The notes beneath the pieces were generated by a model. The model worked only from the letters and a program-made list of their open reading frames with translations. It was not told the DNA's origin and did no database searches. From assembly GCF_009914755.1 (NCBI RefSeq), contig NC_060931.1: 64,000 nt of DNA; one strand, 5' to 3'. Position numbers and translations under genes: made by a program. Positions 1 to 14,399 of this stretch are shown piece after piece (positions within the stretch are counted from its first letter, which is position 1; each line of letters begins with the position of its first letter). The stretch is from the human T2T-CHM13v2.0 reference genome, Homo sapiens.

Positions 1-279
1 CTCTGCATTGATAATTGGCCCTAACGCTCTAGGGGGCTGCCTCAGCCTGAGCCCCATCCCTGCCCACTTGCTACCACCGCTTACTGTCCTAGATTTACTC
101 CTGAAGAGCTCAGTTCTCAAGCCTCAGTTTCCCTGAGGTGATCACAGCACGAAACTCACAACCTTCCAGCTCCCACTCTGGCTATGGTCCCCTCTGCTTG
201 GGAATGCAGCAGCTCCTCCCCTGAATAATTAATTATTAGTAGGAATAGATTATTGATAAGTTAGTATTAATAAGTAATC

Positions 280-760
280 ACTTAAGCACAATTACAATGT
301 GTTAGAAGCAGCAGAGGATGTGGACAGAGTTTATAACCGAGAGATCTGACCTCGTCTGAGGAGTCGCAACAAATTCCCTTGGAAGTGATATGACTGATAA
401 AACATTTAAGATATTGGAATAAGAAAATGAAAGGGAGGACTCAAAGAGGATAAATTACAGACAGAGGAAATTGAAGAGTGAGAAGCTTGGCTTTTCTGAG
501 GACCTGAAGGAGGCTTGTGTTGCTGGAGCACAAAAGATAAAGGGGCAGTAATGAGAGGTCAGATTGTGCGGGTCTTGTCGAGGCCAGACTTGAGTGCTTG
601 GCTCCTGTCCTAAGAGCAATGGGATAAATCTTTGAAAAGCTTTAAACAAGGCAATAAGATGATTAGGCCCGAATTGTAATGGGATGACTACGGAATGGAT
701 TAGAGGTGCTTAAAACCATTTAGGAGACTTGCAGGACTCTAGATGCCTTGGACTGGATTA
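280..760 (-). mobile_element. L2 LINE fragment (degraded)
   Basis: Antisense L2-like motifs (gaaggaggcttgtgttgctggagca..., agagcaatggga...ctttaaacaagg); boundaries approximate. Confidence 0.55.
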
Positions 761-1659
761 GGGGCAATGGAAAAAAAAAGAGGAAGAAAACGCCAAAGCT
801 AACTGGGGCACAACCAACAGGGAGTCCCACCGCTCAGTTCACCAAGCCCTGTGTCACTTCCATGTGAAATGATGGAGCTGAGACATAGGGTGAGGGTCGG
901 GGGTGGGCACAGGGAGTGGGGGCAAGAAATGGAATCATTTCCAGAGCCTTTCTATCTGCGTGGAATTATTAAAGCACAAGAAAAATGGGAGAATCCAAAG
1001 GTCTGTACCATGAGGCGCCAAGTGGAAGGGTGTAGACCATAAGTTCCAGGAGAGATGGCCTTTCTTAGCAAGCAGGTGGAAGCTCTGGCTGTGGGAAGGT
1101 CTCCTGGAAGCAGTTGACTAGAGCCCAGCAAAGGCAGAAGAATTCGGTATCCTTTCTGACCGCTGCCTTCATCTAGTCCCAGAAAATCAGTGTTAGATAG
1201 AAGAGATTCTCATTAAAATAAACAGAATTTCTCACCCATGAAGGGCGATTGCATTTTGGAGGCAGGGGAATAAAGAGCTTAGAGAAGCTGTGGGTGTTTA
1301 AACACTCATAAAACAACCATTTTCACTTCCCTCTTCACAGGTGAGCTCTTCTGCTCACTTACCAGTTGTACATGTGATGACCAGGCCCCAGGACGGGTCT
1401 GAAAAACCACAGTTAACTTGGGGTTTCCCCTCCTACTCCCTGGGTTTTGCTGTGGGCATTGGAAAATGTCTTCCAGAGACATGATAACCTTTCTCACTTA
1501 ATCATTAAGCAATAGGAATATTTAGTTTTCCATTTTTTCCCCCTGTGTAAAGTCTACAGGTAATCCTGGAAATTTTTAAATTAAACTTCCACTGTAAGGG
1601 GTTCACTTATCTAACTTTATATCAGAATGTACAGTCAAGACCCATAACCCAAAAGCGTC

Positions 1660-2075
1660 TGTAATGGTTAATTTTATGTGTCAACCTGACTAGGCCATGG
1701 GGGTCCAGATGTTTGGTCAAACACTATTCTGAGTGCTTTTGTGAGATGATGAACATGTGAACTGGTAGAGAAAGCAAAGCAGGTCGTCCTCCCTCATGTG
1801 GGCAGGAGGGCCTGAAAAGAATAAAAAAAGACTGATTCTCCCTTCCTCTGAGTAAGAGAATTCTTGCTGCCTGTCTTCAAACTCGGATGTCAGCTTTATC
1901 CTGTCTCCAGACTCCAGCGGAAACATCTACTCTTTCTGGGCCTGGTGCCTGCTGGCCTTTGGAATGGAACTACACCATCAGCAATCCTGGGTCAGCTCAC
2001 TTCGACAGATCTTGAGACTTGTCAGCTGCCATAATCATGTGAGCCAATCCCCTATAATATATCTCTCCCTCTCTT
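1660..2075 (+). mobile_element. MLT2-family (ERVL) LTR
   Basis: Starts tgtaatggttaattttatgtgtcaacctgactaggcca (MLT2 5' end); ends ...ataatcatgtgagccaatccc-ataat followed by (CT)/(TG)/(TA) microsatellite. Confidence 0.8.
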
Positions 2076-2587
2076 TCCCTCTGTGTGTGTATGTGTATGT
2101 GTGTGTCTGTGTGAATATATTTCTATATATGCATATATATAAATAAATATGGCATAAATATATATGCCTCTGAAGTATCTAACAATGTGTTTTCCTCTCC
2201 AACACCATTCATTACATGTTTTTGTTTTTTTAAAAATAATATGCTTCTTTTGCCCCCAGATCACAAAGCAAGGCAGCTTTCTGTTAGTCCACAGTGAAAA
2301 CAGCCTTGGCTTTAATGCAGCAGCCTGAGAGAGGGCTTGGCTAAGACCCCTTGCCATCCAGGGCTCAGGCACAGGAAACTGGTTCTGTGCACAGTGGTGT
2401 TCAATTTCTATATCTCTCTTGCTTCTTTTCTTTTTAAATTATTACCCTTGAAAGAGTTGTGGAACTAGTGTACTCTGTTGTCCAAAAAGCAATGATTTCT
2501 TTTTTAAGGGAATATGCGTGTGACAGAAAATGGGGGCTCATCCTTGTGAATAGCTGCCACAGAGTTATTGAAAAATTACACTTCTCA

Positions 2588-2879
2588 GGCCGGGCGCGGT
2601 GGCTCATGCCTGTAATCTGAGCACTTTGGGAGGCCGAGGCAGGTGGATCACCTGAGGTCAGAAGTTAGAAATCACCCTGGCCAACATGGTGAAGCCCCGT
2701 CTCTAGTAAAAATACAAAAATTAGCTGGGTGTGGTGGCTCCTGTTTGTAATACCAGCTACTCGGGAGGCTGAGGCAGGAGAATTGCATGAACTGGGGAGG
2801 TGCATGTTACAGTGAGCTGAGATCACATCACTGCCCTCCGGCCTGGGCAACAAGAGTGAAACTCCATCTCAAAAAAAAA
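2588..2879 (+). mobile_element. Alu (AluS, Sq/Sp-like), full length
   Basis: ggccgggcgcggtggctca start, A-rich linker, polyA; TSD aaaaattaca(c/t)ttctca on both sides. Confidence 0.97.
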
Positions 2880-3144
2880 TTACATTTCTCAGCGATTATT
2901 TATAAACCCATGAACCTGCTGAAATTGAAAGCATCCAGAGAAGCTCATGGACCAGTCTGCTAAGGGTCTCATGCCTCATACCCAACCTGGATGCATGATA
3001 CCTGAGAAGGACCATTGCCCTCACGCTTCCTTCAAGACACTAGCCTCACTCTCATGACTGTGCTTTCTCAGAGAAGGTCTCTGAGGGGCCAAAGCTTTTA
3101 CCTGGACTTCCCCTGTTTCTCTGTCATTTCCACACTGATTACCT

Positions 3145-5090
3145 GGGCACCTTTGTTGAAAATCATTTGATCATGTATATGTGGCTCTATTTCTGGCCTC
3201 TCTGTTCCGTTTCATTAATCTATGTGTCTATCTTAACACCAATTCCATATGGTCTCAGTTACTAATCTTTCCAGCTAGCTTTTGGATAATTAAATAATTT
3301 TTAATATTCCATTTGTGTTCTATAATGCGTTTTCAATTATTCTTCATTTTGTTATGAGTGGTTCTCCTAGTATTTAAATATTTCTCCATGAAACTCATTT
3401 ACCACAAGCAATATACAACACTGTACATCTCTTTCCCCTTCTTGCCCTTTATTGCATTGCTGAGAGGCATGTAATTTCTACATATATTATAAATACCCTG
3501 ATACATTGTTATTTTGCTTTTAAAAGTAAATTATCTTTTAAACAAATTTAAAAAACAATAAACCAAATATATTTTAAATTTAGCTACATATTGACAATAC
3601 TTTTCTGTTCTTCACTTTAACATTTCTGTTTTAACATTTCTTGGAAGGCAGGTCTGCTAATGCTAAATTCTACCAGTTTTTGTTTGCCTGAAAATATATT
3701 TGCCTTCTGTTTTGAGGGATATTTTTGCTGGGTATAAAATTCTGTATGACAGTTTTTTACTTTTAATGCTTTAGAGAGTTTGTTCAATGTATTCTATCTT
3801 TCATTGTTTCTGAGATGTCTTCATTATATTTTATCTTTGTTTACCTATATATTATTTTTTCTCTCCTTTTAAGATTTCTCTTTTATCACTGATTCTCATC
3901 AGTTTTATTTTAATGTATCTGATTTTATTTTCTGAGTGTTTAATCCTCCCTGTGATTTGTTGAATGTCTTAGGCCTATAGGTTTATAGTTTTATAAATCA
4001 AATTTGTGGTATTTTTAGCTGAAGTTTATTCAATTATTTTTCAGCCTCACTTATTTCTCTTAATTCAATTACATTTATAGTTGAATTTTTCCAAAGGTCA
4101 CTAAATTTCTGTTCACTTTAATTTTCATTTTATTGTCCCTGAAATTTCATTTCATTTTATTTCATTTATTTAATCTATTTAATAGACTAAATTGCTGTGT
4201 CTCAAGATTACTGATTTTTTTTCCTTCTGCTATTTCTAATTGGGTATTAATCTTCTGTAGTGAGTTTTAAATATTATTTAAAAATTTTCAGTGACAAAAT
4301 GAATTTTGTTTTTTAAATACCTTCTCTTTATATCATCTTTATTATTTTAATTTCTTGGACATATTTTAATTGATTTCTAAAAATATGTTTTTACAAATTT
4401 TATCATTTCTGTTATTTATGGTCCTATTTCTGTTTAGTGAGGTTTTTTCCTGGTCATGAGCCACATTTTCTTATTTGCCTGTCTAATTTTTAAATTTTGT
4501 GTTAGGCAGTATGAATATTATCTTGTGACATTCTAGATTTTGTTGTTTTACGACATTCTAGATTTTGTTGTTTTACTTTGAAGAGTTTTAAAGTTTATTC
4601 ATTTTTATCATGGAAATAATTTACTTGTGACTCAAGCAGCTGGATCCTTTGGAGGATTTTTGTGTATCTTTTTTCATGTGAGTCTAGGATAGTCTTTATT
4701 CTAGAATTAGTTTTGCCCTAATTCTATGCCTGAGCTTTTTGGGGTCTCTGCTGTATACCCTGAGGCTCACCACAGTGTCTCCCTTCTCAAGAGCTTGCCC
4801 ACCAAATTCCAAGGGCTCCCAAATCCCAATCTCAGCCTTCTCAATGTAGCGAGCCTGCTGTGCTCTGCCGGGTTGCCCACCTATGCACTGTTGTTCAGAG
4901 TAATTCCAGATACAAAGGCAGGGGCACGATGCAGCTTATCTTATCTGTTTTTCTTCTCTCAGAAACTATATTCCTGCACTGTCTCTTGTTCAACATATGA
5001 AAAGAGTTCTTTTATATATTTATCCTGCTTTCTGATTATTACAGCAAGAGGTCAATCTGGTATTAGTTGCTCCTGGCCAGAAGCAGAAGT
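3145..5090 (-). mobile_element. Old L1M fragments (ORF2 piece plus 5'/ORF1-region piece)
   Basis: T-rich antisense L1 motifs (tctatttctggcctctctgttcc; gcaggtctgctaatgctaaattct; gggatatttttgctgggtataaaattct). Confidence 0.7.
4527..4576 (+). repeat. Perfect 25-bp tandem duplication
   Basis: gacattctagattttgttgttttac x2, identical. Confidence 0.95.
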
Positions 5091-6539
5091 GATCGTACAA
5101 TTTTGTCTACAAAGATACCGCTTTGAAACATTTCTTTCTATGTCTTACTGAAAGATGTTTCTATGTTGGTGATGGCTTTATTATATGTATGTTTATTTTT
5201 GCTATTCAGCTACATAGAACACAAATGCACACATCACAAATTTTGCTTCCATCTCTCTCTCCTCAAAATGTTTTAAGCTACTGATAATAATAATCCTCTA
5301 TATTTGCATGGTATTTCAGATTTCGAAAGTGCTTTCACATTCTTTAGCTCATCCGATTTTTAAAAATCTTTATGTAAATAAAAGATTCATTTGTCAAATC
5401 TTAAACTTAGATATATTGGGTGAATTTCCCACAGTTAAGCTACTAGTTGGTCAAGTCCCCGGCCAAGCCTTACCTAATGTCATATATATTTTGGATGTTG
5501 CATGTACCAATAACAAAGGGTAGCAATACGACTGCATTGTGATCTCATCGCAGACATATTAGGTTGTTTGAGATATTCTCAGGGTCGCATTAGACTTTTA
5601 CCACCACTCCTACCAGGAAAATAGAGCTGAATAACTGGTATAAAAAACCAATCTTCTTCATAAATCAGTTTTTATTTTTGCACCACCATTGCAGTGAGGA
5701 TATTATGAAATTTACAAAATGGGTAGGAGTCGCTGAGCAACATGATTGGTCAATAAGAGCACTCAGCCTGATGTATAACTCTTTATGCTCATACATGTAG
5801 ACATCCATTAGCCACATTGCACTCCTTCATATTGTCACCCATAAAAAAGACAGAAAAGGTACTTGGGGAAAAGCTTCAACACTATTCTTATAACCTTTTT
5901 CCTGCTCTTGTAACTTAATGTAAATATACTACAGGCTTTCAGATCCCTATTGCAAAAAGAAGCTGAATGGACACTGCAGCTTCAGGGAAAATAAGGCACT
6001 GAATTTTAGACATTAATGTCGCCATCTTTTTGGAGACAAAATCAGAAAAAGTAAACTGAAAATATTTAGTTTCAATTATGAATCAGAAATGAAATAATAG
6101 GTTATTAAGAACTTAATCTCTGAGCAAAAATATCTTGTATGTATGCAAAATGGTATGAAATTAGTATTGCATTGGCTGCAGGGAAGGAGGATAAGGGGGT
6201 CATTAGTGAAGAAGCAGAAAGCAAAGTCCCCTTAAGAAGCTCACATTCACTCTAAAGCTATAATTTTCTCGTGTGAACATCACAGAAATAATGCAAGACA
6301 ATGTACACTTGTTTGTGTAGATTATACAATGTATTCAATATAATTCAGAGAATTGAGAAATGCATGAGAATCATTTGAACAAAACTCACTACACAGAATT
6401 GAGTTTTGAACTGGAACTTATTTATAAGACAGGAGAATTTAGGATAAGAGAGCCTGACATCCGTTTAGGAAAAGAAAGCCTGAAATGTAATAGATAGGTA
6501 AAGAAGAAAAGGCAGAAACCAAACTCTGTCACTTACTAG

Positions 6540-6886
<347 letters not shown>

Positions 6887-6949
6887 AAATCTCAGTTTCT
6901 TTATCTGTAAAATAAATGGAGGTCATAGTACACTGCAGTGAAGTAGTGT

Positions 6950-7330
6950 TTCTGTCAGGATAGGCTAAGAACACTTCAGAAAAATAAAATCAAAATTCTC
7001 ATTAAGTCAAAATGTAGTTTTATTCCTTATTCATGCTACATGTCCACCGTGGGTGAGCACAGAATGTTACTCATTGTCCTCCCTCAGGGGCCCAGGCTGA
7101 CGCTGCAGCCATCATCTTAAATGCATTTAATCTTTGGGTCAGATAGAAAAGAGAGACTTGGAGGAAGATTTCAAGTCAGCAATTAAATGTTCAGCCTGGA
7201 AGTGACATACTCACAATTCATTGGCCAGAACTTGCCACACCTACCACAATGGGGCCAGGAGTAGAATCCTATCACATGTCTGGAATATGAAAAAATAAAA
7301 AACATTTTGTTTACAATATTAGTGTTTACT
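6950..7330 (-). mobile_element. Old MaLR LTR (MLT1K/L-like)
   Basis: Motifs cagggcccaggctgacg and gcctggaagtgacatac...cattggccagaact typical of old MLT1. Confidence 0.6.
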
Positions 7331-7759
7331 GCAAATAGGTTCTTTGAGGATTGTGTGAACCAGTACATATCAAGGTCTTAGCATCATGAATGAACCATAT
7401 TGACTTCCCAGTAAATAGTAGCTTTTATAGTTATGAAGGCATGATCCTGTGACATTTTAGTAAATACAAAATCACATGCTGTCTAATAATTATTTTACCA
7501 TATTATTTGCAATATGTACAACTTTAAGATAAATTTTATTATAACTATTTTATAAATAAGAAAACAAAACAATTAAGCAATTTCCCTCATGTTACAGCTA
7601 TTAGCCAGCTAAGTATGAACTGTTACCCATGGAAGTCTGACTGTAAATGCTATTTCCAGTATGCAGCATTGTCTTTATAAAACTTCCTTTTCAATTCTAT
7701 GATCTGTATGAAATATGTGTTTTAGAGTTGTACAAGTGCATTCACTTCATATAAAAATA

Positions 7760-8900
7760 ATATTTAAAAGTACATTTTACTAAATATATGTTCTACATTG
7801 CTAGACATTCTTATAGGTTCTATGGATTAAGAGATAAAAGGTCCCTGCCTTCACATTGTCCAAAGATCAATGGGGAAGATAAACAAATAAACAGAACCTG
7901 GCAATACTGTGTAGTAAGTACCATATCAGAAGATGTTACTGAATGCAATGGAAAAACAGAGGAGAAATAATTAGCCCAGAATAAATGTGTCAAGGAAAGC
8001 AGTGTAAGACAGATAATACCAGGCTGAGTCTGCAAAGTTTAGTGGAAGATAGTTGAGAAAAAGAGAATGGGGTGGAGGTGTGTGTTCCAGGCTCAGAAAG
8101 CAATATGTACAACAGCATGAGAAGTAGAAAGCAGGGCACAAACCAGGAAACCCAGCAACTGATTATGGCTGTAATATAGAGTGGGGATGTTGGTGAGGGA
8201 ATTGCAAGAGCTAAATCTATGTAGAAGACATTGTAGACCTTGAAGGGCTTTCTGTGCTGTCCTGAGAGTTTTGGATTCTATTCTGAAGGCAATGAAGATC
8301 CATTGAATACTGTCAAGCAAAAAGCTGACATGATTAGACTAGCATTTTAGAAAAGATCATTCTAGCAGATGAGATGAATTTGAATTAGAAGGGGTTGGAC
8401 CTGAGATGAGGAAATGAGGAAGGAGGCTTTTTCATTAATCATGGCAAAAGCTGTTTAAGGGTTGAACTAACACAGTAGAAGCGAAGACGGAATAAAGGAA
8501 ATGTATACATGAAACACATTAAGCTTTTTTTTTCCCCCAGAGTCCCTGTGTTTGTTGTTCTCTTTGATGGGTCCACTCTTACCCAAGATATTTTCATGTA
8601 TAACTCATGCTCATCATTCAAGTTCTACATCAAAGTCACCTTCTCAGAGTCCTTCCCTTACCGTCCCTATAATGTCAACCCTTTACTGTCCTTCCTGTAG
8701 CCACTAGTCCATTCGTAACTCTCTCTCCTCTATATTGACTAAAGGACAGCCTTTTGCGGAGTGTGTCCTCATCTGAAATAATATTAGGCATTTGTCGATT
8801 GTTGTCTTCTTTCGTTTAGTTTGCTGGCATATTATCTAGAATAGTTGCCAGCATAGAAAAAGTACTCAAAAATTCATTCTAGAAATTCAGTAAAGCGTAT
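7760..8900. mobile_element. L2 fragments (antisense ~7760-8520, sense ~8530-8900)
   Basis: L2 motifs gagttttggattctattctgaaggcaatgaagatccattgaa and catcaaagtcaccttctcagag. Confidence 0.6.
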
Positions 8901-9339
8901 TTATTAAATGGACAGTTAACAGACACATCAAAGTAGAATTCTCCAATATTTTACATACGGACCAAGGCTTCAGGATAGAAGCTTGATCTGAAGATATTTA
9001 TTTGTAAGTCATTATCCCACAGAGAGGATGAAAAGCTCGTGTATCAGTTAAGATGCCTTAAGCTTCAACTATGAGAATACCCAAATAAAATTAGCACAAA
9101 TGATAGGGATTTTATACTATTTTGCAGAAGAATAAGTTCAGACAGAGGTAGATAGGTACAGGGTTGGTTAATTTATCTATAATAAAGTCAGGGGGTCTAA
9201 ATCAACTACTCTGTGATTGACAGACAGTTTCCAAAGATAGCTGCCTTTAATTCCTTCCTTCCATCTGTGTACATAGTTGCTCACATGAACATGTGTAGCC
9301 TATTTCTCTTTCCCTTCTATCATAATTGTTTGTATTTTT

Positions 9340-9670
9340 GAAAACATAGAGAATGCATCATTAATATTTACACATGTTACTATATGTACACTTTGCCTCG
9401 CTGGGAAAAAATAAACAAATACTGAATTCTAGTTAGTGATAAGTATGTTGAAGTGTTTAGGGGGAAGTATACTCATATCTGCAGTTTATTTAAAATGTAT
9501 CAATAAAATAAGACTAATGGATGAGGAACGATTACATAGCTATGTGGTAAGACAAGCTAACACCACGTTAATGGTAGAATCTAAGTGGTGGGGAAATGAA
9601 TGTTCAATGTAGGATTCTCTCAACTTTACTGTAGGTTTTATTTTGTTATAATAAAATGTTGGAGAAAATA
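9340..9670 (+). mobile_element. L1MC/ME 3' end fragment
   Basis: taatggtagaatctaagtggtgg...tctctcaactttactgtagg...ataataaaatgttggagaaaa. Confidence 0.65.
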
Positions 9671-11789
9671 ACTGGCTTAGGTACCCAAATGCTCAATTTT
9701 GTAAGACTTCTCTGGGTAAAATGTGTTCCCAGTAAAGCCACCAGCATCATCTTTTAACAGTCTGCATATAACAATACTGAGCGTACACTGAGTGTCTCTT
9801 CAGTGCTGCTCTATCAGTCTGGTATGTGGTACATAAAATTCTGGAATAAATGGGGCATAGATCCTGGCCTTGAGCGGCTTACAGTTTGGCATATCATTAA
9901 TAACAATGAAATGCTAGAGTTTCTCTTATAGAAGCATCGATAGGGCACGAGGGTAATAAAGAGGTGACATTGTAACCAAACGAATGAATTTACTTTGGGG
10001 ATGAGGTTTGACACACAAAGAAAAATTAAACCAGATAGGGAAGAGAGGAGGAGGTGAGCAGGAAGGAAAAGTCACGCCAGAGGAGTAGCATATGAGGGAG
10101 GATGGTTTGGGTAACTAAAATATTGACTGTTGCTAGAACAAAAGAAGATTAAGATGAGTGCTGAGGGATGGGATTTGAAGGGTAGAGAATGACCACCTTG
10201 TTCAGGACTGATGGACAAACAGTGGCATTTGCATGTCAGGAAAATGCAGATTGATAAATGTTGAGAAAGATCACATGTAAATGATCATTAGCTTGCCAAT
10301 TATGCAGAACGGCAAGGCAGATTAACTCTTTCTTTAATAATAGATAAGGAAAAACCTTAGATATGTGGGAAGAAAAAAGAACTAAAAAGCCAATGAATTC
10401 TTCCCACACATAAAGTTTATTTCCATGAATGTTGAGACATGGCATTGGTTGTGCCAGAGACTTAAGGTATCATTTGGATGTAAGTATGGTGATTCATTCA
10501 TTCACCTTCAGGTAGAGAATCATTGCTTCAAAGATGAGAAATATTAGCCTGAGCAATATTAGCAAATTGAGGTTGTATTTCCGAAGTCCTACAGGTTCCA
10601 GACCTCCCATCTAAAGAAGAGCTATTTGTTGCAGTAATCTGAAATTCTGTCAGATTTGCAGAGTTAAGCAACTGGAAGTTTAAATTGAATGAACATTCTG
10701 GTAATGGATAGATGATCAATTTTAAATAAATCAGAGACCAAATATAAACACTTAACACTAAGATTGAAGGGAAATTTGTTCCTCCTCCAATCATTCTAGT
10801 TATGAACATCAGGGTTCATAATGAGGCAAACTGTGAAACCCATGCTTTATTTCTGTTTTGTTTTTTTGGTGGTGCAGGTACCATAGAAACACTAAACTAC
10901 CAGCAAAGAGGCTTCAAATGCAAATAAACACTTGATAGAATGCCCCATAAACTAGGGTTTACTGTATTTGGAAAACATGAATAAAATCACCACAAATAAG
11001 TTTTATGTTATGGAATTTAAATATCTTTTTAATGTTTCTGAGAAAGAATGAGGTAATTTTAGATACATCTGCCCCTCCCTGCCTCAGGCTTTTACTTCTT
11101 TAATGCAAAAATAGAAAACATTCTGAACAAATATATGAATGGCTGTGTTTTTCTACATATTTAGAAGGAAATTGCTTAATCCATCAAGGTATTTTCCCTA
11201 GGAAAATCGCTTGGAAGGGATTGTCCATGTCTTTTGTTTTTGAGAGATGCCAGCATGGTTTTGCAAATTGACACATACTTTCCCAGTTATCTCTGGAAGG
11301 ACGTTTTGACCGCTGCTCTTTGAGACCTGCAGTGACTTTCCATTCTGCAGAGTTCTTCCCCTTTCCCTACCGCACAGCGCTTTTTACTCTACTTGTCGGC
11401 TTATGTCCAAATATAATCTCACCAGTGTGGAAAGGTTTGACTGGTGTTCCTTTCGAAATACTCTTCCTATTTTCCTCCCTGAGGCATTCTTACCCCTCCA
11501 TCACTGCCATTTCAGTCACGAAATTCTATCACTAGAGTTAACTTAGGGTGATCTACCGCTAATTCCCCTTTCTCCCTCTCCACCTGGAGAATTAAAAACC
11601 TCCATTTTGAAATTAAACCTCCAATTGAAAACACCAAGAAGACCAAAGTGGGGGGCATTTTACACTCTTTATACCATTTTATTTGCTATGATCTGGAATG
11701 TAATATCCCCCCAAGACATGGAATTGAGGACGTGACCCTCAATATCCAATCAGATATCAACTTTAAAATGTCTACTTAAAAATTAGAAG

Positions 11790-13190
11790 TTGGTCCTGAA
11801 ATTTTTTGCAAAGTCAGAAAGTAAGAAAGTGAAAAGAAAATAAAAGGGATAAGAGCCTGTCAAAAGGTGATAGTACCCAACTTGAAAGAGTTCCCAATGA
11901 CCAAACCAAGAACAATCAGAGAAAGAAAATAAACACTGAAATTATTTCAATATAATTCAAAGTATAAATCATAACTTGTGAATCTATATGGACAAGAATA
12001 AATAATCGAATAAATAAATGAATGAGGAATAAAGAAAAATTGTTCCTTAAAGAAGATTTCCAAGGAAGAAATGTGGGAAATAGAAAATCATCATTAGAAC
12101 ACTAGAACAATAATTGTTTCAAGCAAGATCCTCTGATGAATGCTAAAATTAGTAAGCAGAAATTTAAGGTGAAAAACTTTATGTAGCTTCAATGCATCTC
12201 CCACAAAATATGTATTAATTACAAAGAGAAAAGTAATGCCTTCACAGTTGAGCAGTCTTGAAGATAACACCTTAACCAAGTGATCACTTTGATTACTTAC
12301 TAATAAAATATATTAATATCATATTAATATAATATGCCCCTAATATAATACACAAATTAAGCAAATCATAATAATGGCACATCATCCTTGTGAAATTTCC
12401 CCCTAACATCTGTAACTTCAATTTAATCATGAAAAAAAATCAGACGAATCCAAATTGAAGAATATTTTATAAAATACTTGACCATTATTCCTTAAACGTG
12501 TCAAGGATATGAAGGACAGACAAGGAAAAGCTGAGGAACGACCACAGATTGGAGAAGATGATGGAGACATGCAGCCAATTACAACATTGTATTAATTCAT
12601 TTTCACACTGCTGATAAAGACATACCTGAGATTGGGCAATTTATAAAGAAAAAGAGTTTTAATGGACTCACAGTTCCACATGGCTGAGGTGGCCTCACAA
12701 TCATGGTGTAAAGTGAAAGACACATCTTACATGGCAGCAGACAAGAGAGAATTTGTGCAAGGAAACTCTTATAAAACCGTCAGATCTTGTGAGACTTATT
12801 CACTATCACAAGGACAGCATGGGAAAGACCTGCCTCCATGATTCAAGTACCTCCCACTGGATTCCTCCCATGGCATGTGGTAATTGTGGAAACTACAATT
12901 CAAGATGAGATTTGGGTGGGGACATAGCCAAACCATAACAAACATAAAATTCTGGATTGCATTTTGGATTCAAATAAAAACATTAGCAGAGAAACTGGTA
13001 ATATCTGAATAAAGTTCATCATTTACCTAATATATACCAATGTTGATTTCCCTGTTTTGACAATTGCACCATGGCTATGGGAGATATTAACAACAGGGGA
13101 AGCTGAGTGAAGGGAATACCAAAAATCTGTAATATCTTTGCACATTTTCTAAAAGTTTGGCATTATTTCAAAACAATAAGCTTTTTTTTA
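11790..13190 (+). mobile_element. L1MC/MD 3' region, interrupted by a THE1 LTR
   Basis: L1M 3'UTR motifs (accttaaccaagtgatca; ggggaagctgagtgaagggaatac; ttatttcaaaacaataag). Confidence 0.7.
12588..12940 (-). mobile_element. THE1 (MaLR) solo LTR
   Basis: tgtattaattcattttcacactgctgataaagacatacc...gccaaaccataaca; exact 5-bp TSD aacat at 12583-12587 and 12941-12945. Confidence 0.93.
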
Positions 13191-13391
13191 AAAAAAATGT
13201 AGGGTATTCCTGAGACTAGAATGCTCTTTTAACATTCAGGTAACATGGAGGGGTTATATTAAGCTTAAAATTAGCCATATCAGCTAGGTCTTTGTCACAT
13301 AAACTAAAGGTCCTGACTCTATTTTTGTGCAATTGAATTTCTGTGAACTTAATTGCAAGAGCTTCAATTTATCATTATTAAAAAATCTCTA

Positions 13392-13735
13392 GTGGGGGAA
13401 GGAGGGATGAATAGGTGAAAAATGCTCCATTCCCCACCTATTTTTAGAGCAGTGAAGCTATTCTAATAGTGGCACATGACATTATGGATTTGTCAAAACC
13501 CATGGTACACGCAATACCAAGAGGGAACTCTAAGGTAAACTATGAACTTTGGGTGGTAATGATGTGCCAGGGTAGGTTCATTCATTGTAACAAATGTACC
13601 ACTCTGGTGGGAGTGTGAATGGTGGCAGGGTGGGGGGGCTGTGCATGTGTGGAGGCAGGGAATATACAGGAAATCTCTGCACTTTTCACTCCGTTTTTCT
13701 GTGACTCTAAAACCGATCTTTAAAAAAAAAGTCTA
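13392..13735 (+). mobile_element. L1MC1/2-like 3' end
   Basis: gtaaactatgaactttgggtggtaatgatgtg...tgtaacaaatgtaccactctggtggg...aaaaaaaaagtct. Confidence 0.8.
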
Positions 13736-14399
13736 GCAATATAAAAAAATTATAATCATTATGGCTTTAACTAACTATTTTAGCCAAATGAGCTCTTTTT
13801 AAGTGCTGAGTCTGTTATTCAACATATGTATTACTATTCTTAGGAGGAAAAATTATGAAAATTTTAAATTACACAACTGAATTTTATAATATAAATAAAA
13901 TATATATCATTTATAATCATATAATATATTTATATTATGGTATAACTACCACATTCATATTTTCAAACTTGGCACTTTCAGGGGGTTGTTTTTGGAAGAC
14001 AGGGCTAATGTTCATCTTGCAAGCCATTACATCTATGAAGCACTTAGTGATTTACTGTGTTTTCACAAATACTATGCCGTTTGGCATTCACAGCTGCAAG
14101 CAAACTGCTGCACCATGCTTTTAGAATACAGAATTATGACATTGTAAGAGAAGCATGATGGGATCTATGGCATAGGATCATCCACCAAGTAACTGTGTTG
14201 ATTGGAGATTGCGATGGACCACCACATGCCTCTCCAGATCACTCCCTTACGTTTGCTACCCAGGAGAGCCTTTAGAAGAAATGCTGACAGGGAGGGAGGA
14301 ATTTCACACTTTTGTTTACACATAGAAAGGGCAGACCCCTAATTATTAAAACAGCACACAAATTGGAGGATTGGAAGGGGACTTAATGTAGGATTGAAT

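Noticed and set aside
1356-1400. Minus-strand donor (TG|gtaagt) with a nearby acceptor
   Set aside because: Would give a ~36-nt exon with a weak polypyrimidine tract and no supporting partner exons.
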